Below are positions 12,194 to 21,896 of a stretch of 64,000 nucleotides of DNA, in pieces. The stretch is taken from positions 1,248,001 to 1,312,000 of the forward strand of contig CAWIAD010000001.1 of assembly GCA_963833985.1 (NCBI GenBank). The letters are read 5' to 3'. Position numbers and translations under genes: made by a program. Position 1 is the first letter of the stretch. Each line of letters opens with the position of its first letter. Source of the stretch: an uncultured Planctomycetaceae bacterium (GTDB lineage: Bacteria; Planctomycetota; Planctomycetia; Isosphaerales; Isosphaeraceae). The notes below the pieces were generated by a model, which was given only the letters and a program-made list of their open reading frames with translations, was not told the origin of the DNA and made no database searches.

Positions 12194-12732
12194 TGCCCTG
12201 CCGCGTGCTGATCGCCTGCGTCGGCAACATCTTCCTGGGCGACGATGCGTTCGGCGTGGAGGTCGCTGGCCGGCTTCGGGGGATCGACCTGCCCGAGGGC
12301 GTTCGTGCCGTCGATTTCGGGATCCGCGGCCTGGACCTGGCGTACGCCCTGGCGGACGGCTGCGAGTCGCTCATCCTGGTCGACGCCGTTCCCCGCGGTG
12401 GAGCGCCTGGAACGCTCTACGTGATGGAACTTCCCACGGTGCATGATGCGCAGGCGGCTGAGGGCACGCTGATGGGCGGACACAATCTCCACCCGGTGCA
12501 CGTGCTTCAGCATGCCGCGTGCCTGGGTGCCCGTGTCGAGCGTCCCATTCTGGTTGGCTGCGAACCTCAACCCGCCGACGAATCCGACGACTTCGGTACC
12601 GGGCTGAGCGCCCCGGTGGCCTCGGCCGTGGACGCGGCGGTTCCCCTGATCGTGTCGCTTGCCACGAAACTCCTCCGCGGAGAAGAGATCGCGGCGAGTG
12701 CGGACCTTGTCCCCTTGCAAGAAGGAAACTGA
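12193..12732 (+). CDS. Hydrogenase maturation endopeptidase
   Basis: VGNIFLGDDAFGVEV, DFGIRG, ILVDA, HNLHP, VGCEP. Confidence 0.92.
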   Translation: MPCRVLIACVGNIFLGDDAFGVEVAGRLRGIDLPEGVRAVDFGIRGLDLAYALADGCESLILVDAVPRGGAPGTLYVMELPTVHDAQAAEGTLMGGHNLHPVHVLQHAACLGARVERPILVGCEPQPADESDDFGTGLSAPVASAVDAAVPLIVSLATKLLRGEEIAASADLVPLQEGN

Positions 12733-12735
12733 GCC

Positions 12736-12948
12736 ATGCTAGGACTGACATCCGAGCCAACGCGCCATCTGTTCGGCCGTTCTGAAGACGGCTGGCGTGA
12801 AAGAACCGGACTGGCCGAGTGGGAGCGCGCCGGGGGTCCGCCCTTGCGGTGGCTGGTCACCGGCGCCGTCGTCCTCGGCCTGGGGGTGCTTGCCTGGAGC
12901 TATCTGGGACCGGACCTGAGGCGCTATGTTAAGATTCATCGAATGTGA
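12736..12948 (+). CDS. Small single-TM protein (DUF6893-like)
   Basis: Hydrophobic stretch followed by PDLRRYVKIHRM. Confidence 0.7.
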   Translation: MLGLTSEPTRHLFGRSEDGWRERTGLAEWERAGGPPLRWLVTGAVVLGLGVLAWSYLGPDLRRYVKIHRM

Positions 12949-13046
12949 TGGAGCCGGAAGGCGGGTCGGAAGTGGGACATCGCTCAGCGCGGCGTTCCAT
13001 CCGCAGCGGCTGGAATCTCGTCGTTGCTCTTGAGCTTGACTCATGA
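12948..13046 (+). pseudogene. 32-codon ORF at the hypA position; probable hypA remnant
   Basis: MEPEGGSEVGHRSARRSIRSGWNLVVALELDS*; TGATG overlap upstream, ATGA overlap with hypB; C-terminus resembles the HypA end but MHE and CxxC motifs are missing. Confidence 0.5.
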
Positions 13047-13735
13047 ACGAAAATCCTCGGCTGGTCCAGGTGCGCCAGCATGTGCTCAAGCACAACGATA
13101 CGATCGCCCGGGCGCTGCGCGCGCAGTTCCAGGCGGCCGGCACGTTCGTCGTCAGCCTGGTGTCGAGTCCGGGCTCCGGCAAGACCGCTTTCCTGGAGCG
13201 AGTGCTCTCTGCGCTGGGCAGCCGCAACCGCGTGGCCGCCCTGGTGGGCGACCTCGCCACCGAAAACGACGCGCGCCGGCTGGCGCGGAGCGGCGTGGCG
13301 GTGAAGCAGATCATCACCGGCACGGTCTGCCACCTCGACGCCGACATGGTCACGCGGGCCCTGGACGGCTGGCCCGGCTCGCCGCTCGACTTCCTGTTCC
13401 TGGAAAACGTGGGCAACCTGGTCTGCCCCGCCACGTTCGATCTGGGCGAGGCGCTGCGGCTGGTCCTCTTCTCCGTCACCGAGGGCGAAGACAAGCCGCT
13501 CAAGTATCCCACCATCTTCAACACGGCCGACGTCGCGGTGATCACCAAGCTCGACCTGTCTGACGCCGTGGAGTTCCAGCGCGAGGCCGCGTATCGGAAT
13601 ATCGAGGCGGTCCGTCCCGGCATGCCCGTCTGGGAAGTCTCGGCGAAGACTGGCGCCGGTCTGGACGCCTTCGTGGCCTTCCTCGCGGCGCGCCGGGAAA
13701 GCGCGGCAGCCGACGCGTGCACCGCAAGCCGCTGA
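13043..13735 (+). CDS. hypB: Hydrogenase nickel incorporation GTPase HypB
   Basis: SSPGSGKT, CHLDA, ENVGNLVCPA, EGEDKPLKYP, TKLD, VSAKTG. Confidence 0.96.
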   Translation: MNENPRLVQVRQHVLKHNDTIARALRAQFQAAGTFVVSLVSSPGSGKTAFLERVLSALGSRNRVAALVGDLATENDARRLARSGVAVKQIITGTVCHLDADMVTRALDGWPGSPLDFLFLENVGNLVCPATFDLGEALRLVLFSVTEGEDKPLKYPTIFNTADVAVITKLDLSDAVEFQREAAYRNIEAVRPGMPVWEVSAKTGAGLDAFVAFLAARRESAAADACTASR

Positions 13736-14158
13736 TGTCGGCACACCTCGAACCAGATTCTCCGGCTCTGCTGGCCAGTACCCGCCGGCTGTTCACCTGG
13801 CCGAACCTTAACGGGTACTCAGCTTCCCCTTTCTTCATGCGAGGCGTGAAGTCGGAGAAGCGGAGGTGCCGGGATTGCAGGTTCGCAGAACGGCCGCGGG
13901 TACCACTCTCGCTCCACAAGTTCCGGGATCCGTTCAAGTAACAGCTCGACGATGGAGAATGTGGCCGTTTGGCACCTGGCTTGCTTTGGCCATGCTCATT
14001 CACGTGCACCTCCACTGCAACCTTACCCTGCCGTAAAGTTCAGCGAATGAGACTACAGCGGGCTCGCTCATGGAACAGGGCGACTGCGACACTCGCGACG
14101 GAGCGGTGCCGTGGGTCCGTATACGCTTGAAAAACCAAGAAAACGAGGTGTCTGCCCC

Positions 14159-14977
14159 ATGCTTTCGTCACCGCAAGAGGGACCTGCGGAGGAAGGATTG
14201 TGTAGCTCCTTGCTTCGTCTCGTTCAGAACGACCATCAAGTTCAGCAGCTTCGTAAAGAGCTGGGCGCCTTCAGCCATCGATGTCGCAACCTGCTCCACG
14301 GCATGAAGATGAGCTTCTATTTCGTGCGCCGTGGCGCCGTGCAGCCGTTGCCGCCATGGTGGGACTGCCTGGAGCGCAATTACGAGGGCATCGAGCAGCT
14401 CCTCAACCAGTTGCAGGCGATTTACCGGCCGATTGTTTTGACGCCCGTGCACGGCCAGTTGGGGCGCCTGATCGAGGATCGGCAGCGGCACTGGAGTAGC
14501 TGGTTCGAGACCAGTCGCGGCACCCTGAGAATGATCCCTCCCGCGAGCGAGTGCGCCGGTGATTTCGACCCCATGTGTCTGACAATGGGCCTGGACGCTC
14601 TAGTGCGATGGCGGGCCCTGGCGATTCCCGAGGGCGGCGCCGCAAGTCTTTCCTGGAAAACCGAGGGAGACCAGTTCGAGGCGACCTGGGACGAATCCGC
14701 CGGACCGCCTGGCTTGCCGCCGACCCTGACCGGCCCGGACGGCCCGGGGTCAACCCCGCCCCTGTCGGCTCATCAGCCGCTGGCCTTGCCACTTCTCGCC
14801 CGGGTGCTCACGGCCCACCGCGGTACGATCGACTGGAGTTTCAAGCCAAACTTCCGGACCTGCTTACGCTGGCCCCTGCTGCAACAGACGGATGCCTGTG
14901 ACAGTTCGGCAGCGATGCTGCCGGCTTGCGACCAGGGAAATCTGGTCCTGGAGAAGGTCGCCGGCAGCAGCCGCTAG
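14159..14977 (+). CDS. Hypothetical protein with HisKA-like H-box and degenerate HATPase region (start uncertain)
   Basis: ELGAFSHRCRNLLHGMKM; LPLLARVLTAHRGTIDW...LRWP resembles a kinase C-terminus but lacks N and G boxes. Confidence 0.55.
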   Translation: MLSSPQEGPAEEGLCSSLLRLVQNDHQVQQLRKELGAFSHRCRNLLHGMKMSFYFVRRGAVQPLPPWWDCLERNYEGIEQLLNQLQAIYRPIVLTPVHGQLGRLIEDRQRHWSSWFETSRGTLRMIPPASECAGDFDPMCLTMGLDALVRWRALAIPEGGAASLSWKTEGDQFEATWDESAGPPGLPPTLTGPDGPGSTPPLSAHQPLALPLLARVLTAHRGTIDWSFKPNFRTCLRWPLLQQTDACDSSAAMLPACDQGNLVLEKVAGSSR

Positions 14978-15078
14978 CGCACGAGCCGCAAAGGGCCAGG
15001 GCCATGACTGCCGCATCCGACAGGCGCTCGCGGAGCAACTCCATTCCACGCGCCGCGCGAGCGCCGGTTGACCCGCCC

Positions 15079-15108
15079 TTGACCACACAGCCCGGGTACG
15101 CATACGAT
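15079..15108 (+). promoter_or_regulatory. Sigma70-type promoter for tRNA-Pro
   Basis: TTGACC-N18-TACGAT about 20 bp upstream of the tRNA. Confidence 0.6.
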
Positions 15109-15127
15109 GCCAGCGGGGCCGAGAATA

Positions 15128-15202
15128 CGGGGTGTAGCGCAGCCTGGTTAGCGCGCCTGCCTTGGGAGCAGGAGGTCACCAGTTCGAATCTGGTCACCCC
15201 GA
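15128..15202 (+). tRNA. tRNA-Pro(TGG)
   Basis: CGGGGTG/CACCCCG acceptor stem, CCTGC-CTTGGGA-GCAGG anticodon arm, GTTCGAATC T-loop; CCA not encoded. Confidence 0.97.
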
Positions 15203-15305
15203 CTGGAACGAGAGTGCACGCGATCCGGGTGAGCTGGCTTTTTTCACTGCGGCAGAGCATCGTTCATGAGCCCGGTATCGGTCAACGACGAGGCGGGATG
15301 GAGTT

Positions 15306-16025
15306 GTGGGTAAGGATCACAATCCGTCGAAGATTCGTGCGGCGCGCGCTGCCGCGGATCTGGTGGAGCCGGGCATGGTGGTTGGGCTGGGCACCGGCTC
15401 GACTGCGACACTGATGCTCCAGCGCCTGGGTGAACGCCGCGAGCAGGAGTCGCTGAAGATCCTCGGCGTCCCCACCAGCGTGGCCACCGCGGAGCTGGCG
15501 CAGAGCCTCGGCATCCCCGTGCGGGACCTCGATGACATCAGCGCACTGGACATGAACCTGGACGGCGCTGATGAGGTCGATCCTCAGTTCCGCATGATCA
15601 AGGGCCGGGGTCGCGCGCTGCTCCGCGAGAAGCTCGTCGCCTGTGTCGCCGCGCGGCGGGTGACCATCATCACCACCGAGAAGCGTGTCGAGCGGCTGGG
15701 GGTCAATGCGCCCATACCCGTCGAGGTCAGCCCGGTGGGCCTCAAGCATACCCACAGACGGCTGGAAAGCCTGGGCGCAGTGGCCCACATCCGGGCGCTT
15801 CCCAGCGGCGTCCCTTACCTGACCGATGGCGGTAACGCGATTGTCGACTGCCATTTCGCCGAATTCGGCGATCCCGAAGAGCTGGATGCCCGTCTCCAGT
15901 CGGTCGTCGGCGTCTTCGAGACGGGGCTCTTCCTGGGCCTGTGCGACCTGCTCGTCGTCGGTACGAGCGACGGCGTCGAACAGTTCACCTCCGGCGAGCG
16001 CCGGAACCTGGGCTGCCGAAGCTGA
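15306..16025 (+). CDS. rpiA: Ribose-5-phosphate isomerase A
   Basis: GLGTGSTA, DGADEVD, KGRGRALLREK, TDGGN, GVFETGLF. Confidence 0.95.
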   Translation: MGKDHNPSKIRAARAAADLVEPGMVVGLGTGSTATLMLQRLGERREQESLKILGVPTSVATAELAQSLGIPVRDLDDISALDMNLDGADEVDPQFRMIKGRGRALLREKLVACVAARRVTIITTEKRVERLGVNAPIPVEVSPVGLKHTHRRLESLGAVAHIRALPSGVPYLTDGGNAIVDCHFAEFGDPEELDARLQSVVGVFETGLFLGLCDLLVVGTSDGVEQFTSGERRNLGCRS

Positions 16026-16061
16026 TTGCCTACGTCCGGGCGACCGGCGAAAAACGGGCAA

Positions 16062-16751
16062 TCACCGCGGGAGCCTGGACCTGAGCTCCTCAAGGATGTC
16101 CGCGGTGCGCGATGCTCCGAACCGGTCACAGCCCAGTTCCACCACGGCGATGGCCTCGTCGAGCGTACGTACCCCGCCGGCCGCCTTCAGCTTCACATGT
16201 GGCGGCGCGGCCTGGCGCATCAGCCTGAGATCGGCGTGCGTGGCGCCGCCGGTGCCGTAGCCGGTGGATGTCTTCACATAATCGGCCCCGACCTCCCCGC
16301 AGATCTGGCAGAGCCTCGTCTTCTGGGCGTCGTTCAGATAGCAGTTCTCGAAGATGACCTTCACGATCGCCTTGCGGTCGTGGGCCACGCGCGTCACCTC
16401 GGCGATGTCGTGGGCGACGTCTTCCCACTGGCCGCCGATGGCCTGGCCGATATTGATCACCATGTCCAGCTCGATGGCGCCGTCGTCCATGGCCTTGTGG
16501 GCCTCGAACACCTTCACGGCCGTGGCATGTCCGCCGTGCGGGAACCCGATCGTCGTGCCCACGGCAACGCTCGTCCCCGCCAGCAGCCGGGCCGCCAGGG
16601 GCACGGCGAAGGGCTTGATGCAGACGCTCGCCACGCCGTAGCGGACGGCCAGCTTGCAGCCATCCTCGAGCTCTTGCTCGGTCAAGGTCGGTCCCAGCAG
16701 CGAGTGGTCGATGCGTCTGGCGATCAGGTCGTAAGTCAGTTCCAGTGCCAT
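16062..16751 (-). CDS. deoC: Deoxyribose-phosphate aldolase
   Basis: IDHSLL, IGFPHG, ELDMVINIG, KVIFE, VKTSTG, KAAGGVRT, RFGAS. Confidence 0.95.
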   Translation of the reverse strand: MALELTYDLIARRIDHSLLGPTLTEQELEDGCKLAVRYGVASVCIKPFAVPLAARLLAGTSVAVGTTIGFPHGGHATAVKVFEAHKAMDDGAIELDMVINIGQAIGGQWEDVAHDIAEVTRVAHDRKAIVKVIFENCYLNDAQKTRLCQICGEVGADYVKTSTGYGTGGATHADLRLMRQAAPPHVKLKAAGGVRTLDEAIAVVELGCDRFGASRTADILEELRSRLPR

Positions 16752-16941
16752 GTGCGGTGCGCTCCCGTGCAGCAGTGCGGGCCTCGTTCTCGATCGCTCA
16801 CTGATTCTGCCCCGCCGCCAGGGTCCGGGCAAGGGGGTGGACCGGGTGGCCCAGGCGGACCAGCAGAACTTGATTCGACGCGATAATTCCCCAGAGGTGT
16901 CCCGACCCGTTCCCAAGAAATTCCGACGCGGAGAAGCCAGC

Positions 16942-17325
16942 ATGCCCGAAACGCGCCCCACCATCGCCATCATCGGCGCCAGCGACGACCGATCCAAGTA
17001 CGGCAACAAGGCCGTGCGCGCGTTCCGGGACCAGGGCTGGCTGGTCTTCCCGGTCCATCCCAGCTTGACCGAGGTGGAAGGGATTCCGGCCTATCCCGAC
17101 CTCGATGCCGTTCCAGTACCGCAGCTCGATCGCGTGAGCTTCTACGTGCCGCCCGCCACCGGCTTGAAGCTCATCGACGCTGTGGCACGAAAGTCGGTCA
17201 GCGAGGTCTGGCTGAACCCCGGTTCCGAGTCCGACGAGCTGATCGAGCGCGCCGACGAGCTGGGGCTGAACGTCATCCAGGCGTGCGGCATCGTTGATAT
17301 CGGCCGGCAGCCCTGGCGGTATTGA
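16942..17325 (+). CDS. CoA-binding protein (YccU-like)
   Basis: IAIIGASDDRSKYGNKAV, PVHP, VWLNPG. Confidence 0.88.
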   Translation: MPETRPTIAIIGASDDRSKYGNKAVRAFRDQGWLVFPVHPSLTEVEGIPAYPDLDAVPVPQLDRVSFYVPPATGLKLIDAVARKSVSEVWLNPGSESDELIERADELGLNVIQACGIVDIGRQPWRY

Positions 17326-17402
17326 GGGCACAGCCAGTGCCTCGTCGGGGCGGCCGAGGCTATGCTCCGGCTGGTCCGTTTGCAGGCGATCGAGGGTGCA
17401 TT

Positions 17403-17548
17403 CTACAGCGGTTTTCACTTGGATCGCCGACTGAGACCGGGGGGCAGGCATTCCTGCCTGCCGGAGCAGGCCTGCCCTGGCAGACAGGAATGTCTGCCCC
17501 CCTTTCCAGAACTCAGGCGCTGCATGCAACCGTCAGAAAACCGCCCTA
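17403..17548 (+). mobile_element. ~146-bp MITE-like element containing a REP doublet (copy 1)
   Basis: Imperfect TIRs CTACAGCGGTTTTC / GAAAACCGCCCTA; internal GGGGCAGGCATTCCTGCCTGCC...GGCAGACAGGAATGTCTGCCCC; inverted copy at 20843-20988. Confidence 0.75.
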
Positions 17549-18565
17549 TTTCGCTCCCGGTTCGACAGCCGGCGCGGGAGAGCGGAGCTCGAAGAACTCG
17601 AAGTTCGCGTCCAGCTCGGTGGCGTCCTTGTTGCCGCCGTTCTTGGCCAGAATGCCAATCTGCTTCGGCGACCCGTCGCCCCACTCCACCGTGCCGTGGC
17701 TCTGGAAGTTCTTGCCGTCGGTGCTGATCTGGTACTCGTAGGAACTTCCGCGTTTGATCAGGCGCAGCCAGAAGCGATTCAGAACGCCGCCGGGCGCGCT
17801 CACGAAACGGGGTTCCGGCTTCGCGTCGGTCTCCGTGAGGATGCAGAAGCGCTGGCCTGGATTCTTCTCCCAGTCGTACTCGTAGCCGAACTTGAGGTAA
17901 TGGTCGTCATCGTTGTAAACGATCAGTCCGGCTTGCTGAAAGTACATTTGCGGGGTGAACCCGCTGACGCAGGTGGTGACGACGAACTCCCCGCCGGGCG
18001 CGAGCGGGTTGTCGATCATGTACAGATTCTTCGCCCTGATCCCCTCGCTGAGCTGGTCATCAGATTCCTTGCCGTGAATGCTACCGCGCTGGGTGGTCAC
18101 CGTCAGTGCCCCCTGGGTTCTGGTCAACGACACGTGCGACGGGTCGGGCCGCACGGGCTTCCAGTTCAGTCCCAGCTTGCCATCGAAGCCATCGTAGGCC
18201 AGCAGGGTGCAGCCCTGGGATGGAGCCTCCGCGGCTGGCCGCGCATCGCCCCGCGCGGAGGAATGGCCCCCGATCGCACTTTCGAATGCCGCCATGAATG
18301 CTTCCGCATCCTCGCCTCCCAGTACTAGCGGCTGGGGAACGCCCGAGAGACTGATCCTGACGATTGTCGTCCCGTTGTCGCCCTTCGTTCGCGAAATGGC
18401 CCGAATGTGATCCATGTTGACGTGAGTATCCGCTGTCGAGATGAAGCGGTGTTTCACGTCTTGCGTGGCGGCTGGCTGTGCGTGCACGACAGGGCCGGGC
18501 ACGCACAGGAGCAGGGCCGCAACTCCGATCATGGCCGGCAATGTTCGCTTCAAGGCGGCATACAT
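17546..18565 (-). CDS. Secreted ConA-like beta-sandwich protein (DUF1349 / beta-xylosidase C-terminal-like)
   Basis: Signal peptide; FQQAGLIVYNDDDHYLKF, WLRLIKRG, STDGKNF, ANFEFFE. Confidence 0.7.
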   Translation of the reverse strand: MYAALKRTLPAMIGVAALLLCVPGPVVHAQPAATQDVKHRFISTADTHVNMDHIRAISRTKGDNGTTIVRISLSGVPQPLVLGGEDAEAFMAAFESAIGGHSSARGDARPAAEAPSQGCTLLAYDGFDGKLGLNWKPVRPDPSHVSLTRTQGALTVTTQRGSIHGKESDDQLSEGIRAKNLYMIDNPLAPGGEFVVTTCVSGFTPQMYFQQAGLIVYNDDDHYLKFGYEYDWEKNPGQRFCILTETDAKPEPRFVSAPGGVLNRFWLRLIKRGSSYEYQISTDGKNFQSHGTVEWGDGSPKQIGILAKNGGNKDATELDANFEFFELRSPAPAVEPGAK

Positions 18566-18689
18566 GATATTCCTTCCTATCGGTGAAAGTCTTCCATTCT
18601 TCGATCCGTCTCGAAAGTCAACCCGGTGGGTTCACTGATGTCGTCGTGTCGGACCATCGATCGGCCCGGGACGCAGCGTGGTGCCCGGC

Positions 18690-19379
18690 TCAGCGCTCCT
18701 TGATCCGGGCGTTGCGAATCTGAACCGGGACTCCGTCGCGGCTGAGATACTGAAAACCGAGGTGCCCGCGCCTGGGACGGTCCTTCAGGGGCGATGCGGG
18801 GCTGTTGTCGTGCCGCTTGACTCCTTGATCCTGCCGGCTCAGATCCACGTCCTGGATAACCTTACCGTTCGCCGTGACCCTGAGGTGGGCTCCCGTCAGC
18901 TCGATGCGGAAGCTGTTCCATTCGGTGGGCCGGTAAACCTGCCGCGTCGGCGCGAGGGCGCGATAGATGCCGCCGGTCAGCTCCGAATCCCTTGCGCTGG
19001 TATTGTAGCGGTAGTCAGCCACCTGCAATTCCATGCCGTCGAAGGCCGGATCGCCGAGGAGCGGAGATCGTAGGGCGACGCCGCTGTTGCCCAGCTCGCC
19101 GAGCTTGATTTCAAATTCCAGGATGAAGTCGCCGTATTCCTTGTCGCTCACCAGCCAGACGTCGCGCTGCCGGTCCGAGCTGAGAACGCCATCCTTCACG
19201 GTCCAGGCGACGCCGGGGACCGGCTTCGAGAGGTCGTTCCAGGCGCGGATCGACCACCCCCGGGGAGGGCCATCGCTGGGGAAGAGATCGACGAAGCCTT
19301 CCTGGGCGCTCATCGCTGGTGGGGGAATGACGCCGAGGCAAAGCACCAGTGCGGCACAACCCACATGGACCCGGGACAT
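18690..19379 (-). CDS. DUF1080 (3-keto-disaccharide hydrolase family) secreted protein
   Basis: Signal peptide; YGDFILEFE, GNSGV, ELQVAD, TGGIY, EWN, GHLGFQ, IRNARIKE. Confidence 0.88.
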   Translation of the reverse strand: MSRVHVGCAALVLCLGVIPPPAMSAQEGFVDLFPSDGPPRGWSIRAWNDLSKPVPGVAWTVKDGVLSSDRQRDVWLVSDKEYGDFILEFEIKLGELGNSGVALRSPLLGDPAFDGMELQVADYRYNTSARDSELTGGIYRALAPTRQVYRPTEWNSFRIELTGAHLRVTANGKVIQDVDLSRQDQGVKRHDNSPASPLKDRPRRGHLGFQYLSRDGVPVQIRNARIKER

Positions 19380-19933
19380 GAGGCACCTCCTGCGGAACCG
19401 GCAAGGTGGAGAGGATGGCCATGCCCCCGATTGTACTGCCCGTGCCATCCGCCGCAATGAGCCTGATCCGGCCCGCGACCCAGCCTTCCACGCGAGGCCG
19501 ACGGTTGCCCATGACGGACAGGCGACGGTTCGGGACGTCTTCGACCAGCCCGCCGATCTCGACGAACCTGCGGTCAGGTTGCCTGGGGCCTGGCAGGCGA
19601 ACCCTTCCGCGGCCGGGCCAGCCAGCGGCAGCAACCTTTCGCGATGAGCGTCGAGGCCGCGTACCGGTTGAGGTTCACACGAAGTTGGCTCGAGAGACGA
19701 TCAAAAACAGATCTCCCACAGCGCTGACCCATTGCGAAGCCGGTCCCTGGCGGCTTCGATTGTAGCCGGACATCGCCAGATAGCCGGCACCTTCGCGTCG
19801 AAAAGAAACCCGCAACGAGAATTTCACCCGCTCCGGTGTCGGAATGGTGGTCGCCCGTTCGTTGTATCCACGCGAGGCGGGGGACAGGCCACCGCCCGCG
19901 TCTACGAAAGCGTCCCGAGTCTGGAGTTCCGAC

Positions 19934-20260
19934 ATGCCGAAGTTTCTGTTCGTCTATCGCGAATCCACGGATCCCCACGCCAGGCCGTCCGCTGAGGAAA
20001 TGCAGGCCTTGCAGACGGGCTGGTACGCATGGATGCAGAAGTACAGCGCGGCGATCGTCCCCGGCGGCGACGGGGTGAAGCATTCCGGCCGGGTCTTGAA
20101 GGAGGGGATCGTGACGGACGGTCCCTATGTCGAAGCCAAGGAGGTCATCGTCAGCTTCGCGATCATCCAGGCCGACAACTACGACGCGGCGCTGGCGATC
20201 GCCCGCGACTGTCCGCCCGGCCACACGATCGAGATCCGCGAATTCGCCGGCTACGCCTGA
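19934..20260 (+). CDS. YciI / DGPF-domain protein
   Basis: MPKFLFVYR...[13 protein letters not shown]...IEIRE. Confidence 0.88.
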   Translation: MPKFLFVYRESTDPHARPSAEEMQALQTGWYAWMQKYSAAIVPGGDGVKHSGRVLKEGIVTDGPYVEAKEVIVSFAIIQADNYDAALAIARDCPPGHTIEIREFAGYA

Positions 20261-20302
20261 GCAAACCGCGTCACCGAAGCAAATCACGAAAAGGAACGAA
20301 AA

Positions 20303-20790
20303 ATGGCTGCGAAGAAGGGCACGAGCAAGTCCGCCAAAGGCACCGATGCGACCGGCGAGGCGTCCACGGGATTCACGGCCGAGGAACGTGCCGCGATGAA
20401 GGAGCACGTCGCGGAGCTGAAGGCCGAGAAGCGGCGCGGCTCGGCGCGGACAAGAAGGGGGATGGAGAAAGCGACTTGCTCGCGCAGATCGCGGCCATGT
20501 CCGGACAGGATCGCGTGCTGGCCGAGCGGCTGCACGCGATCATCAAGTCCCATGCGCCAGCCCTCGAGCCGAGGACCTGGTACGGGATGCCCGCGTACTC
20601 CAGGGACGGCAAGGTGGTCTGCTTCTTTCAAAGTGCGGGCAAGTTCAAGACCCGGTACGCCACGTTCGGCTTCCAGCACCCGGCGAACCTCGACGAAGGC
20701 GCCATGTGGCCGGTCGCCTTCGCGCTCACGGACCTGACTGCCGCCGAGGAGGCAAGGATCATCGCGCTCTTGAAGAAGGCCGTGAGCTGA
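20303..20790 (+). CDS. DUF1801-family protein (apparent frameshift near 20450)
   Basis: [12 protein letters not shown], then [35 protein letters not shown]. Confidence 0.85.
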
Positions 20791-20842
20791 GGGCTGAGGA
20801 ACCCGGTCGCGAAGGAGAGCATGGCTTCATGTCCAGCGGCCC

Positions 20843-20988
20843 CTACGGCGGTTTTCTGACGGTTGCAGGGAGCTTCTGAGTTTTGAAAAGGGGGGCAGAC
20901 ATTCCTGTCTGCCAGGGCAGGCCCGCTCCGGCAGGCAGGAATGCCTGCCCCCCGGTCTCAGTCTGCGATCCAGGTGAAGACCGCTCTG
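20843..20988 (-). mobile_element. ~146-bp MITE-like element containing a REP doublet (copy 2, inverted)
   Basis: Closely matches the reverse complement of 17403-17548. Confidence 0.75.
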
Positions 20989-21077
20989 AATGTCCTGAAT
21001 GGTACAAACAGGTACGCGGACTCGGTGCTCGTCATGAGCCGCGATCCAAGGATTGCAGCCCTGATCGGAGACCAATC

Positions 21078-21277
21078 ATGACAACGCGCGTCACGGCGAC
21101 GGTGGTCGATGGCTGGCTCAAGCAGGATCGAAAGCTGGAACTGGCCGATGAGACGCGGGTCAGCCTCATCATCGAACCGCTTGCCCAGCGTCTCGAGACC
21201 GTGGAAGCCTGGCGGTCGCTGAAGTCATGGATTCAGCTTGCACACCGGACGAATGGCTTGTCGAGGAAGGAGACTGA
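21078..21277 (+). pseudogene. Truncated AF2212/DUF104-like antitoxin joined to the 3' tail of a PIN-type toxin
   Basis: MTTRVTATVVDGWLKQDRKLELADETRVSLII; in another frame CTPDEWLVEEGD* at 21239-21277. Confidence 0.5.
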
Positions 21278-21278
21278 C

Positions 21279-21425
21279 ATGGACGACATTCTCCGAGAGG
21301 TGCGTAAGGCCCGCGAAGCTTATGCGAAGAAGTTCGGCTACGACCTCCAGGCGATTCATTCCGACCTCAAAGCGCGGGAACAGGCGAGCGGTCGCCGGAC
21401 AGGGCGATTGCATGTTGAGTCATGA
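21279..21425 (+). CDS. Small protein of the kind found next to PIN toxins (putative antitoxin)
   Basis: AAGGAG RBS; MDDILREVRKAREAYAKKFGYDLQAIHSDLK. Confidence 0.55.
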   Translation: MDDILREVRKAREAYAKKFGYDLQAIHSDLKAREQASGRRTGRLHVES

Positions 21426-21580
21426 GCCGATCAGCACATTTTTCTAGATAGGTTTCGTCCCAGCCGGCGGTGAGGCGTTTGTTCTTGATGCCGACTTTCA
21501 GTGTGGTCTCGTTCTTCAACAGGCTCAGTGCGGCCCTGCGGAGGATGCTGAAGTTCGCATCCGCGTGACCTTGGCTGTCG
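21420..21580 (-). mobile_element. ISAs1-family transposase 3' remnant
   Basis: Minus-strand translation QGHADANFSILRRAALSLLKNETTLKVGIKNKRLTAGWDETYLEK resembles ISAs1 C-termini. Confidence 0.75.
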
Positions 21581-21617
21581 GGGTGTGGTATGCTGTCAGG
21601 CGAGGAGAACCCTCACC

Positions 21618-21896
21618 ATGACTATACACCTACCCAACGACATGGAACGCTCTATTGTAGCCTTCGTACAGCGTGGCCGCTTCGCTTCCGTGGACGAGGC
21701 AATGACCAAAGCTGCCCATTTATTGCTTCAGGCATTGAGTCAGGAGGCCAAGCCCGCGACAGGAGCGGACACGGCCGAGATGACCGATCCATTGCTCGGG
21801 TCAATGAGTGACCATGTTGATTTGATGGACCAGATTGTTGAAGATGCCATGCGACACCGCGAGCAGCAGCCGTGGCGGCTAAGTACCAGTGAATAA
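21618..21896 (+). CDS. Antitoxin (RHH / ParD-like N-terminus)
   Basis: MTIHLPNDMERSIVAFVQRGRFASVDEAM; GAGGAG RBS; overlaps the downstream PIN gene. Confidence 0.75.
   Translation: MTIHLPNDMERSIVAFVQRGRFASVDEAMTKAAHLLLQALSQEAKPATGADTAEMTDPLLGSMSDHVDLMDQIVEDAMRHREQQPWRLSTSE

Noticed and set aside
13735..13941. TGATG-coupled ORF after hypB as a possible hypF remnant
   Set aside because: No convincing acylphosphatase (VQGVGFRPF) or zinc-finger motif; similarity is too weak to claim.
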